Program-made: the position numbers and the translations under genes | Notes under the pieces: model-generated | What the model saw: only the letters and a program-made list of their open reading frames with translations | Databases searched by the model: none | What the model was told of the DNA's origin: nothing | Assembly: GCF_006345805.1 (NCBI RefSeq) | Contig: NC_042998.1 | Coordinates: 206,460,001 to 206,524,000, forward strand | Direction of reading: 5' to 3' | DNA from: Octopus sinensis | Taxonomy: Eukaryota | Length of the DNA stretch: 64,000 nt | In this document: positions 23,061 to 36,469 of the stretch, in pieces | How the letters are laid out: each line of letters opens with the position of its first letter | Position numbering within the stretch: the stretch's first letter is position 1

Positions 23061-23684
23061 AAAATTGGAGCTACATACATAGACTTACATGCATACAGAA
23101 AGGCAAGCGTGTGTGTGTGTGTGTGCATATGTAGGTGTGTATGTGCATGTGTGTATAGGTATGGTTTGTATATATTCATACACACACATGCACACATACA
23201 TACATATATACACATGCCTCTGTGTGTGCCTGTGTATGGCAAAGATTAGGTGTGCATGTATGGTTAAGAATTCTGCCTCCCAACTGTATGGTTTGAAGTT
23301 CAGTTCCAGTGCAAGGCACCATGGGGCAAGTGTGTTGAGGGTGGATTTGATAGACAGAAATTGTAAAAAGACCATCAAATACCTGTGTGTGTGTGTGTGT
23401 GTGTGTGCGTGTGAGGGTGTGTGTGAGGGTGTGTGAGGGTGTGTGTGAGGGTATACATGCATGAGGGTGTATGCATAAGTGAAAGTGTGTGCATGTGAGA
23501 GTGAATCTGGAAATATAAATATAAAACCATCCAGATTTCTGAGTACCTTATTTCTTCTAATATATATACACACACACACACACACATACATACATACATA
23601 CACCCATATTACTCTACCTCCAGTATTCAAGTTCTATTTTTTGTACCTTGTTTCACATTTATGTGCTTAATCTGGTGTGTGTGT

Positions 23685-23895
23685 GTATCATCATCATCGT
23701 TTAATGTCCGTTTTCCATGCTAGCATGGGTTGGACGGTTCGACTGGGGTCTGGAGAGCCAGGAGGCTGCACCAAGCTCCAGTCTGATCTGGCAGTGTTTC
23801 TACAGCTGGATGCCCTTCCTAATGCCAACCACTCCAAGAATGTAGTGAGTGCTTTTTATGTGCCACCGGCACGAGGATCACAACTACAATTTCCA
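23685..23895 (-). mobile_element. SINE-like family B
   Basis: Family B signature. Confidence 0.88.
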
Positions 23896-24015
23896 TTTGT
23901 TTGATTTTGATGTATTTGACTCAATAGGTCTCTTCAAACACAGCATGTTACCCTATGATCCAAGGTACTTATGAGTGGGCTGGTTATGTGTGTGTGTATA
24001 TATATACATATATAT

Positions 24016-24328
24016 CACCGTGATCACCGTGACCGACCAGGCTATCAGATGTTGCTACACATCGCTGGCCACAATGAATTTCGCATTGTTTTAGCCTTCA
24101 AATGATGCCACCCAGCTGGCTAAGTGAGCAGGCCAACAGAAGAAAGAGTGAGAGAAAGTTGTTGGCGAAAGAGTACAGCAGGGATCGCCACCACCCCCTG
24201 CCGGAGCCTCGTGGAGCTTTTAGGTGTTTTCGCTCAATAAACACTCACAATGCTCGGTCTGAGAATTGAAACCGCAATCCTACAATTGTGAGTCCACTGC
24301 CTTAACCACTGGGCCATTGCACCTCCAC
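24016..24328 (-). mobile_element. tRNA-derived SINE family D, full length
   Basis: Minus strand: GGAGGTGCAATGGCCCAGTGGTTAAGG head and (CACGGTGAT)n tail. Confidence 0.88.
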
Positions 24329-24329
24329 T

Positions 24330-24366
<37 letters not shown>

Positions 24367-24984
24367 CTTTAACCTCAGGTTTTTAAGTACTCAAATTATT
24401 CCTTTTTGTTTACACTGAAGTCTTTACATTTTAAGTGTGTGTGTGTGTTATATATATATATATATATATACACACATTTATATACAGAGAGAGAGAGATA
24501 TAAAGCAGACATTGAAATCTGTGTCTTTTTTTTCTTTATTATTCATTGCATTCCTTAATGAGAGAAGCTTAAAGTGCATCCTGCTGGGAGTTGAATAATT
24601 TTAAACAAAAGAATCTATGTTTGTGTAGAAAGACAGAAAGCAGACCGCAAGGGAGGCTGGCAGAGAAGGTGAGGAAAATGTGCAGAGACATGCCCTGGGC
24701 AAAAGTACTGAAATGGTAAGGTGGAAAGAGAGGGAGAGAGATGGTGTGATATATGTCTGACCTTTGGCATTAAAGAAGGAAGAGCAGGCGGGGGGAGGAA
24801 CCAGGCTGAGATATGAAGATGTATGTGTTTGCCACATTTAGTCTTTTACCATCAACCATCGTCAGACATCTGTCTCTCCACACACTCACACAAATACAGT
24901 CTCTCTCTCACACACGCAGTCAGCCTATTAACCATTGAGTTCATTTGTAAGATGGCTTATTCGTATGTGTGAAACCAAGATAGT

Positions 24985-25265
24985 TTAGGGATGGATGCAT
25001 GAGATGGATGGATGGATGCATGGATGCATGGTATTTATGGATGGATGCATGGATGCATGGTATGTATGTATGGATGGTATATATGTATGGATGGATGGTA
25101 TGTATGGATAGATGGATGGTATGTATGTATGTATGTATGTATGGATACATGGTATGTATGTATGTATGGATGTATGGATGGATGCATGTATGGATGGATG
25201 CATGGGATGGATGGATGGACGGATGGATGCATGGTATGTATGGATGGATGGATAGTATGTATGAA
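24985..25265. repeat. (GATG)n/(TATG)n microsatellite
   Basis: Direct inspection. Confidence 0.95.
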
Positions 25266-25309
25266 ACTGCATCTGGTGGTGGGGTCTTGCTTTGGAAATT
25301 CCAGGGTTC

Positions 25310-25462
25310 TCAGGAGCGTGGAATCGACTTTGCTTTTCATCCTTTCGGGGTCGATTAAATAAGTACCAGTTACGCACTGGGGTCGATATAATCGACTTAA
25401 TCCGTGTGTCTGTCCTTGTTTTTCCCCTCTGTGTTTAGCCCCTTGTGGGTAGTAGAGAAATA
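25310..25462 (+). mobile_element. Family C SINE, 5' truncated
   Basis: TCGACTTTGCTTTTCATCCTTTCGGGGTCGAT..CCCCTTGTGGGTAG. Confidence 0.85.
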
Positions 25463-25669
25463 GGATTAACTGAAACCTTCGTCATCGTAACTGATGGAGT
25501 ACCATGACCCTATATCCAGCCAGCCACCCAGACAAGCAGCCCTTCTTAGAGAGGTGCAGGCAGGGCTCTGTCGTTTAGAAGTTTATTTTGCAGCCATTTG
25601 GAAGTTTGGGCAAATATCCTCCTCTTTGAAATGGTGGAATTCTGAGTTCAATCTGAGTTCAGTCCCACT

Positions 25670-25709
<40 letters not shown>

Positions 25710-25878
25710 ACATACACACACACACATTCTCAGTTTGGATAACCTTCCTCACCTCATCTTCTGCTGTGTTTGCCTAAAGCTTCAACATCCACCAAACACA
25801 AATCTATGTGTTGGTGTCTATGTGTGTGTGTGTGTACTTCTTTATGTGTGTGTGTGTTTGTACTTGTGTTTGTATGCT

Positions 25879-25909
<31 letters not shown>

Positions 25910-26034
25910 CTGTGTCCCTACCGCCATTCCTGCTTCTCCCCCCCCTTACTACAGAACCCCTACAAATGTCTATTTACTAATTTGTCGTAGACATCATGAC
26001 CATGAGACTAACGAACTGATTAAATGACTGAGCA

Positions 26035-26053
26035 TAGCCACCAGGTGGCGTTG
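26035..26053 (+). promoter_or_regulatory. Candidate CTCF-binding site
   Basis: TAGCCACCAGGTGGCGTTG versus consensus TGGCCACCAGG(G/T)GGCGCTA, in unique sequence. Confidence 0.4.
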
Positions 26054-26570
26054 CGTAGCTATGTGTTTGTACATTTATCTGTGTGTGTGTGTGTTTGTGC
26101 CTGTGATTAATTAAGAAATGTGTGTACCAGTCATATATTGTGGATGTATAACTGTGTGACAATATGTGTACTTGCCTAACTGTCTATACCCATACACAAT
26201 ATACACACACACACACACTCTCATTTATCCATTTATCTATTTAAATACACACACATCTATTTAATATTATTTGCAATAATATCCTTATAACATGCATTGC
26301 CAAGCTCCTCTGCAGTTATTGGCTACCATATGCTATCATAGAACACAAATGCCCCTTTTACTGGATATACAAGATACAAAAAGATGGAATAAACAGCAGA
26401 GTGTTTCACATATTACACATATTATTATCTAAATATTGCACATAAATATAATCCAGCAATAGTGCTGAACTGGTATGTCATCAGGTAAAGGGTTTCCAGA
26501 ACACAATTGGATCACCCATAGTAGTTTCCATTGCTTTATCTATATGTATGTTTGTGTGTGTATATATATA

Positions 26571-26627
<57 letters not shown>

Positions 26628-26629
26628 TC

Positions 26630-27290
26630 ATCATCATCATCGTTTAACGTCTGTTTTCCATGCTAGCATGGGTTGGATGGTTCAACTGGGGTCTGGGAAG
26701 CCAGAAGGCTGCGCCAGGCTCCAGTCTGATCTGGCAGTGTTTCTACGGCTGGATGCCCTTCCTAACGCCAACCACTCCGTGAGTGTAATGGGTGCTTTTT
26801 ATGTGCCACCGGCACAGGGGCCAGAGGAGGCTGGCAAACAGCCACGATCGGTTGGTGCGTTTATGTGTCACCGACACGGACGCCAGTCAGGCGACGCTGG
26901 CATCTGCCACGTTCAGATGGTGCTTTTAATGTGTCACTGGCATGGGTACCTTAACTGCAATTTCAATTTGATTTTCATTTTGATACATGCATATCATCAT
27001 CATCATTTAGTGTCCGTTTTCCATGCTGACATGGGTTGGACGGTGCAACTGGGGTCTGGGAAGCCAGAAGGCTGCACCAGGCCCAGTCTGATCTGGCAAT
27101 GTTTCTACGGCTGGATGCCCTTCCTAATGCCAACCACTCCGTGAGTGTAGTGGGTGCTTTTTACGTGCCACCGGCACAGGTGCCAGACGAGGCTGGCAAA
27201 CGGCCCAATCGGATGGTGCTTTTTACGTGCTACCAGCACGGAGGCCAGGTGAGGCAGGCAACGGCCACAGTCGGATGGTGCTTTATATAT
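26630..27290 (-). mobile_element. Two tandem family B SINE copies
   Basis: Starts at 26630 and 26995, each (CAT)n-TTTA..CCATGCT..GGATGCCCTTCCT. Confidence 0.88.
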
Positions 27291-28365
27291 ATATTTATAT
27301 ATATATATATATGCATATATGGGTACAGGACATAAAAAAAAAAAAAAACGTGAACAAAATGACAAATGAGAACACTGTGTCACCCTCACCAAGAGTGCAA
27401 AGAAACAGAAGAAACACCACAAGGCATTCTTGTCCAATGCTCTGCCAATTCTATCATTTCATTATTCCAGATTGATACTTTATTTATTGACCCTGAAAGG
27501 AGTAAATGTAGACCTTGCCTTGATGAGATTTGAACTCACACTGCAGTGGGCCAGAACATACTGTACATACTATATTTTCTCCTCTGCTTTAACGAGTTTG
27601 TTAATTGATCCTTCAATATATTAACCAGGTTCTAAATGTTGGCTGTCCAATATTTTATTAATTACAATGGTTTTGACTGATACACATGCAAGCATTAAAT
27701 TTCACACACACACATACACACATACATGAACACACACACACACACACATACATGCACACACACACACACACATACATGCACACACACACATACATATGCA
27801 TGCATACACACACACACATACACACAAACACAAAAACAAACATCCACCCAACATCACTTCCGCAGACACACAGACAGACAACGAAACGTCCACATCACTA
27901 TAAACACACACTGTATTAACATCATATATATATACACACCACAGTGTGTGTGTGTGTGTGTATTTATACATCTCTCACTAAAAATAAACTGTCCGATCGT
28001 AATTAGTTTTATTTGATAAACAATAAAAGTTATCTGTCTAACAATTAAAAAAAATAATCAGCCGGTCTCCTTCCAGTTTCTCTCATTGCTGTCGATCGAG
28101 ATGGCATCGTTTCGACTGAACATTTTATATCAGATTCATACAGACAGATCTAAAGTAAATTTTCAAACAATTAATGTTTAATTGTCTCTAATTATCAGCA
28201 GCAACAATGACAGACTAATAACATTTGACAATGAAAGGCAAACTGTCGACTGAAACAGACCACGTTTGGTTGGCTTGGCGGCCAAAACTGGAACACTTGA
28301 TTCTAGGATTTACCAAAAGTTTGATCGTAAATAAAAGACTCTAAAATCATCATCATCATCATCAA

Positions 28366-28593
28366 TTAACACCTTTAGTATTTAAACTGGCCATATCCGG
28401 CCAAAATAGTTAATCTGTTTTATGTTCAAACTGACCAGATCCAGGCTCTCACACCTACCCTACAATGTTATTCTACATTAAGTAATTACACCATCAAGAT
28501 CTTGAAGATATGAGATAATGCATGATTAATTCAAATCAATGGGAATCAATAGGCATTATCTTTGATTGAATTATCTGAACACTAAAGGGTTAA
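28366..28593. mobile_element. piggyBac-like MITE family 2
   Basis: TTAA-CACCTTTAGT ... ACTAAAGGG-TTAA, inserted at the TTAA of a family B-type tail (CATCATCA..TTAA / TTAATGTCCAC). Confidence 0.8.
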
Positions 28594-29058
28594 TGTCCAC
28601 GTTTTCAAGATTCTTCATGGGTCGGACAGAATTTGTTGAGGCAGATTGTTCTCTGGTTGGGTGCCCTTGCTGTTGCTAACCCTTACTCGTTTCTCAATGG
28701 CCAGACAAGATTTCATGAAAGAGCAGAAACAAAACATCACTTGTTTCTTTTATCTTCGTCTGGTTTCAGTCATTAGACTGCGGCCATGCTGGAGCAATGC
28801 CGTTGAAGAAATTTGAGTCTCATGAATCGATGCCAATACTTAATTTTTTTTTAAAATCCTGGTTCATCTTCCATCAGTCTCTCTTGCCAAACTGCTAAGT
28901 TACGGGAACATAAACTTACTAACACCATTTGTCAAGCAGTGGTGGTGGGGGGGGGGGGACAAGCACAGACACACATCTACCAAAGACACTCCCAAGGCTT
29001 TGACACTTGCCCAACAAAAGAAACAAATGGAAAACAAGACAAGCAACACAAGAAACGA

Positions 29059-29128
29059 CCCTTCATCAGTTGTCGGCTGTTTTTGCTAATCCGTATTTCG
29101 AGCATTTCACGACAAGATATGCTTTCGG
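29059..29128 (-). ncRNA. Candidate circularly permuted hammerhead motif (family H3)
   Basis: CC-GAAA-GCAUA-UC-UUGUCG ... CGACAA-CUGAUGA-A-GG; stem I is 6 bp, stems II and III are weak. Confidence 0.35.
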
Positions 29129-29224
29129 TAAAACAGTTGCTCCCGCAAAGCAAATTAAATAAAATTTGCGAACTTGCGGAGGGTCAAGATTGGTGACAAA
29201 AACAGGACATATATATATATATAT

Positions 29225-29880
29225 ATATGTATTTGTGTGTGCGTTTGTGTTTGTTCCCCTCCCCCACCATCACTTGACAGTCAATGCTGGTGTGATTACA
29301 TCCCCATAACTTAGCGGTTCAGTAAAAGAGACCGACAGAATAAGTACTAGGCTTACAAAGAATAAGTCCTGGGGTTGATTTGCTTGATGAAAGGCGGTGC
29401 TCCAGCATGGGTGCAGTCAAATGATTGAAACAAGTAAAAGAATATATATATATATATATAATATATTAAGGCGCAGGAGTGACTGTGTGGTAAGTAGCTT
29501 GCTTACCAACCATATGGTTCTGGGTTCAGTCCCACTGCGTGGCACCTTGGGCAAGTGTCTTCTACTATAGCCTCGGGCCAACCAAAGCCTTGTGAGTGGA
29601 TTTGGTAGACGGAAACTGAAAGAAGCCCGTCGTATATATGTGTATGTATATATATATATATATGTTGTTGTGTGTGTTCGTTTATGTATTTGTCTCCCCC
29701 CCCCCAACATTGCTTGACAACCGATGCTGGTGTGTTTACGTCCCTGTAACATAGCGGTTTGGCAAAAGAGGTCAATAGAATAAGTACTAGGCTTACAAAG
29801 AATAAGTCCATGGGTCAATTTTCTTGATGAAAGGCAGTGCTCCAGCATGGCCGCAGTCAAATGATGAAACAAGTAAATGA
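29225..29880 (+). mobile_element. Family A tail (29225-29445) followed by a full family A SINE (29468-29880)
   Basis: Canonical head and tail. Confidence 0.9.
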
Positions 29881-29934
29881 GTAATATATATATATCTAAA
29901 AATTCACATACATACATACATACACACATTATGG

Positions 29935-30275
29935 AAGCACTCCGTCGGTTACGACGATGAGGGTTCCGGTTGATCCGAATCAACGGAACAACCTGCTCGT
30001 GAAATTAACGTGTAAGTGGCTGAGCACTCCACAGACACATATTCAGTGTGACACAGAGAGTGACAAGGCCGGCCCTTTGAAATACAGGTACAACAGAAAC
30101 AGGAAGTAAGAGTGAGAGAAAGTTGTGGTGAAAGAGTACAGCAGGGATCACCACCATCCCCTGCCGGAGCCTCGTGGAGCTTTTAGGTGTTTTCGCTCAA
30201 TAAACACTCACAACGCCCGGTCTGGGAATCGAAACCGCAATCCGCTGCCCTAACCACTGGGCCATTGTGCCTCCA
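29935..30275 (-). mobile_element. SINE with family D head and family E tail
   Basis: Head matches 1640-1807; tail (CACTCCGTCGGTTACGACG..GGCTGAGCACTCCACAGACAC) matches 55885-56000. Confidence 0.8.
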
Positions 30276-31004
30276 CACACACATTATATACTTATGTGTA
30301 ATATAAATACACACACAAACACTCACTTTTGGAAGCAGGTCCCAACCCTCAAAAATATCAAACTTAAAACAAAAAAAAAAGGAGTTTGAACGGATGTGTT
30401 TGTGAGTGGTGTGTTTATTTATGTTTGTGTTTATTTATGTTTGTGTAACTTTGTCTGTGTGGATGCAAGTTTATCGCTGCTTATGTGAGTTTAATCTGCA
30501 CGTATGGATGTGTGTGTGTGTGTAGTCATTCAGAGATGTAAAAATTTCCACATTCCCCACTACAAAAAAAAAATATATATATAACGAAGCCAAAACCAAA
30601 CAATACAGTTTTCATCACTCTAATCTAATGTTGAGTTAATTAATTCCACCCTACTTGCCTCCGCCACCCACCCCACAGAAATAAAATCCCTCACCACCAC
30701 CCATCATCATAGTCACAATCAATACACACACACACACATATATATATGTGCGCGTGTGCGTGTGCGAGCACCCAAACAGAGGTCTCATTCATGAGCACCA
30801 TCTGAATGAATACATTTTGCATTGAAACCAACCACCTCCAACTACCACATCATCTCCCCCACCACCACCACAGCTACCTCCACCACCATCATCACCCACC
30901 CACCATCGTCACTGTCTGATGATTTCCTTCAGACTTCGGCTTATACCCCTTTCTCTTAAAGCCTAACGCAAGTAATTCGACCAGCTGCCTTCATATTGGA
31001 CAAC

Positions 31005-31047
31005 GAGGGTGGCCTCTCAGCCGAGGGTGGCCTCTCAGCCGAGGGTG
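31005..31047. repeat. 18 bp tandem (GAGGGTGGCCTCTCAGCC) x2.4
   Basis: Direct inspection. Confidence 0.9.
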
Positions 31048-31230
31048 GGGGGGAAGTCCTGTTACTCTATCGGGTACAGAATTTACATGTCCATAAGAAT
31101 CTGTCAGGGTACATCTCTGCTAAGGTTTTCAAATTACAAACATAACGATGTAATTTATATTTAATTACTGTACGATTCTTAATGATTTAACCATTTTTAC
31201 TGCAGGGAGTTTTTAGAGACTTTATTTCTT

Positions 31231-31660
31231 TTTTACTCTTTCTACTTGTTTCAGTCATTTGACTGCGGCCATGCTGCAGTACCGCCTTTAGTCGAGCAAC
31301 TCGACCCCGGGACTTATTCTTTTTGTAAGCCCAGTACTTATTCTATCGGTCTCTTTTTTCTTTTTGCCGAACCACTAAGTGACGGGGACGTAAACACACC
31401 AGCATTGGTTGTCAAGCAATGCTAGGGGGACAAACACAGACACACAAACATATACACACACACTTATATATATATATATATATATATACATATATACGAC
31501 AGGCTTCTTTCAGTTTCCGTCTACCAAATCCACTCACAAGGTTTTGGTCGGCCCGAGGCTCTAGTAGAAGACACTTGCCCAAGATGCCACACAGTGGGAC
31601 TGAACCCGGAACCATGTGGTTGGTTAGCAAGCTACTTACCACACAGCCATTCCTGTGCCT
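31231..31660 (-). mobile_element. Family A SINE, full length
   Basis: Reverse complement of the family A consensus. Confidence 0.9.
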
Positions 31661-32298
31661 AGCAATAGCAATCAAACCCCTCTCAACTTTTATTGTACTG
31701 CATTCAGAAAAGAAGGGCACACTGGATAATATGTCAGTCTCATTCTCAGCCATCTGCTATGATTCCATTCCCATCATGAAGCCACCACCTTCATGTACTT
31801 CCCTTCATCCAGTGGGGAGGCACAGGGATTTTTCCTTGCCTTCGGTTGCTCTGTTGCTTGGTAACCTCACTGGTGCTGGTGCCACGAAACAAAGCTCTGT
31901 AAAGTGTTTGGTGTTACGAAGAGGATCCAGCCATGGAAATCATGACAAAGTTGAGACGCCACAGCCTCATGCAATTCTGCTGCTCGTTAAACCCTGCTAA
32001 CGATGACGACGATATTTTGAAATAATTCAATTGAGATAATCTGTTTATCAATGCATATTTATTATATTTAGAACTAATTTGACTGTAATAAATTTTGGAA
32101 TTGTTTTGCCTCATCTCCTGACTGTTCACAGTGTGTGTGTGTGCGCGTGTGTGCATGTGTGTGCGTGTGTGTGCATGTGTGTGTGTGAGTGTGTGTGCAT
32201 TTGTATAAGTTCCACATTTCTGTTAGGTAGTGAGGGTCATATTTATAATGACTCCATCAATTTAATCGACCTTATATATAATTGTCTTTATTTCATAC

Positions 32299-32650
32299 TA
32301 TTGGGTTGTCCGGAAAGTTTATGCCAATTTTTAAAGGAAAGAAAAAGGTCAATAAATACTTGCCATTACATTTTTAATCAACCAAATATGAACCATTTTG
32401 TTGCACAATGCGTCTCCATCTTTCCTTTAACTTGAAAATACCCTCTTCCCAGAATTGAGGTGGTTTCAAGGCAAAGAATTCATCAAGGTATCTTTTTACG
32501 TCATCCAAGGAATTGAAATTTTTACCATTAAGACTATTCTACAGAGACCTGAATAAGTGGAAATCTGATAGAGCAATACCTGGTGAATATGGAGGGTGGG
32601 GTAACACATCCCAGCCGAGCGGCAGCAATTTGTGTCTGGTTCCCAAAGCA
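32299..32650 (-). mobile_element. Mariner transposon 3' remnant (transposase C-terminus plus TIR)
   Basis: 32648-32374 translates LGWDVLPHPPYSPGIALSDFHLFRSL*NSLNGKNF..FWEEGIFKLKERWRRIVQQNGSYLVD* (YSPD motif region, one in-frame stop); TA-TTGGGTTGTCCGGAAAG TIR at 32299. Confidence 0.92.
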
Positions 32651-33085
32651 TCAAGTGCCGTAAATGAACTTTCTTATTTTCCATTTTAAAGGGTTAAAAA
32701 TTTAACACAGGTTATAGGAACATAAACCTTCTTCCACGAAAAGATAGCTTAAACTGTGCTCTAAATGGAGGTGTAGTCAAATCCTATTTTATGGACTCAA
32801 CCATGTTCTAAGATAAGTCGAAAGGTAAGCTGCTATAAATCAGCACAAACTTTCTGGACAAGCCAATATTTTGAAACAAAGATTTTTTTTCCTAATTCCA
32901 TTTAATTCCATTTAACCTCAAAATATTTTAATCGCCCAAAAAGAACAGCAACATGGCTGAAGTGATGATTTGCTTGGTGATGAAATGGTTCCTAATTCTA
33001 CACTGAACTGGGTCAGCAGAGAATTCGGTTGGCAGCGATGAGTGGTGATTAGTCCTCATTCTCATCACTACTGTGCGTGTGTGTG

Positions 33086-33119
<34 letters not shown>

Positions 33120-33224
33120 GTTGCATGCTTAACATATTTCAGGAGATGTGTAATCGTAGTGGACCTTCAAAGTTGTCTGTCATTTGATGGCTCACTTTAG
33201 ATGGATGTTTTTTGCCACCATACG

Positions 33225-33760
33225 AAAGCGGTTGATGCCAGGTCTGTTTCACTGGCTCCCATGCTGGTGGCAAGGAAAAAGTACCATCCGAACATGGCTG
33301 ATGCCAGTAAACCCTCACTGGCCCCTGTTCTGATGGCACATAAAAAGCACTATCAAAATGTGGCTGATGCCAGTGCCCCCTGGCTGGCTCCCATGCTGAT
33401 AGCACATAAAAGGTACAATCTGAACATGGCTGATGCCAGTACCCCCTGACTGGCCCCTGTTCTGATGGAACGTAAAAAGCACCATCGAAACATGGCTGAT
33501 GCCAGTGCCCCCTGGCTGGCTCCCATACTGATGGCACATAAAAGGTACAATCTGAACATGGTCGATGCCAGTACCTGCAACTAGCTCCTGTGCCGATGGC
33601 ACATAAAAAGCACCCACTACAATCTGAGTGGTTGATGTTAGGAAGGGCATCCAGCTGTAGAAACCTTGCCAGATCAGATTGGAGCCTGGTGCAGTTGACC
33701 GGCTCAGTCAAACTGTCCAACCATGCCAGCATGGAAAACAGACATTAAATGATGATGAAG
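33225..33760 (+). mobile_element. SINE-like family B with five to six 66 bp internal units
   Basis: Units AAAAAGCAC..GATGCCAGT..GATGGCAC followed by the family B 3' end. Confidence 0.88.
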
Positions 33761-34237
33761 GTGATATATATATATGTGTGTGTGTGTATATACACACACA
33801 AACACACACTCGTAGGGTTTCTTTCAGTTTCTATCTGGCAAATCCTCTCACAAGTCCTTGGTTAACCCAAGGCTATAGCAGAAGACACTTGCCCTAGCTG
33901 CAACGCAGTGGGACTGAAACCGAAACCATGTAGTTAGGAAGCAAGCTTCTTACCACATACCCACCTCTGTATCTATCTGTCTAGAGACAAGAAGAAAATG
34001 TAGGAAAAATAACAAAAAGATGCGTCTTTTGCACTAGTAACCTATTATTTAATTAGTAAAGAAAAATGCACCTTTGGATATATCCATCGCTTAGAGGCCT
34101 TAAACATCTCTGACTTATACCTGCATGTATATATATATTTTTTAATTATTTTATTTCTATCTATTGGCTTATGATTTTCACTGTTTGATTTGCCTAATAG
34201 TGGTTTTATCTCTAATTTAATATAATAATATATATAT

Positions 34238-34288
<51 letters not shown>

Positions 34289-34577
34289 ACACAACTCATG
34301 CCAGCATAGAAGATGGATGTCAAAAGACGATATTCCCATGTGTGTGTGTGTGTGTGTGTGTGTGTATAAAGTATGATATTAATGTAGTTGTTGCTGTGTG
34401 TGTTTAAGTTGTCTATCTCTCGTGTAGGTGTTTATGTATATCTGTAATACGTTGTGAGTGAAGGTGTGTGTGTGTATATGTCCGTCTGTTTATAGTATGC
34501 TGAGTAAGTGTGCTGTTGTGTGTGTGTGTGTGTGTTTGCCTTTCTATCTCTATGTGTAGTCTCTTTTACTGAGTATG

Positions 34578-34634
<57 letters not shown>

Positions 34635-34869
34635 TGTGTATGCCTGTCTTTATACACCCATTCGTAATGTGATGTAGGTGTATAATCTCTCAATTGTATA
34701 GCTATTAGTGTGTGGGTGTGTGTGGCAATTTGTAGTCTGTGTGTGTGTGTGTGTAGGTGTGTATACATGCACTTCTGTATCCGTAGTCAGCTGTGCAGGT
34801 GTGTGTATATAGATTTATGTGTGCGGTATAAAATGGCTACACCAGCAGCAATGGTGTCTATCAACACAT

Positions 34870-35319
34870 GATGTTGTGTGCATCTCTCTCTCTCTCTCGA
34901 TATATATATACATACATCTATATACATACATATAATACATACTATATAATATAACATATATTATATACATATATATACATATATATACATATATATACAT
35001 ATATATTACATACATATATATACATAACAATACATACATATATATCACTACATATACATACATATATATACATACATATATTACATACATTATATATACA
35101 TATATATACATACATCTATATAGACATATATACACATACATATACATACATATATATACTATACATATAATACATACATATAATATATATACATATATAC
35201 ATACATATATACAATATACATATATACAATATATATATATATACATATATCATATATACACATATATACATATACATATATACATCATATACATATATAC
35301 ATACATATACATATATACA

Positions 35320-35350
<31 letters not shown>

Positions 35351-35510
35351 ACATATATACATATATACATACATATATATATACATACATATATATATAC
35401 ATACATATACATATATACATACATATACATATATACATACATATACATATATACATACATATACATATATATATACATATACATATATATATACATACAT
35501 ATATACATAC

Positions 35511-35543
<33 letters not shown>

Positions 35544-35577
35544 CATACATATATATACATACATACATATATATACA

Positions 35578-35613
<36 letters not shown>

Positions 35614-35969
35614 TACATACATACATATATATATACATACATACATATATATATATACATACATACATATATATATACATACATACATATATAATACACA
35701 TACATATATATATACATACTACATATATATATAGACATACTATATATATATACATTACATATATATATATATACATACATACAATATATATACATACATA
35801 CATATATATATACATATATACATATATACATCCATTATACATATACCTATAATACATACATATACATATACCTATATACATACATATATACATATACATA
35901 TATATATATATCATATATACATACAACTATATATATATACATATAATATATATATACATATATACATAC

Positions 35970-36000
<31 letters not shown>

Positions 36001-36285
36001 CTATATACATACATATATATAATATATATACATATATACATACATATATATATATATACATATATAATATATACATATATACATACATATATATATTATA
36101 TATATACTATATACATACATATATATATATATACATATATACTATACATATATACATACATATATACATATCTATATACATAATATATATATACATATAT
36201 ACATATATACATACATATATACATATACATATATACATACATATATACATACATATACATATATACATACATATACATATATACA

Positions 36286-36316
<31 letters not shown>

Positions 36317-36397
36317 ACATATATACATATATACATACATATATACATATACATATATACATACGTATACATATATACATACATATACATATATACA

Positions 36398-36428
<31 letters not shown>

Positions 36429-36436
36429 ATACATAC

Positions 36437-36469
<33 letters not shown>

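Noticed and set aside
33270-33620. CRISPR-like regular spacing (also 59420-59800 and 5020-5400)
   Set aside because: The units are whole tandem repeats with no unique spacers; eukaryotic context and no cas genes.
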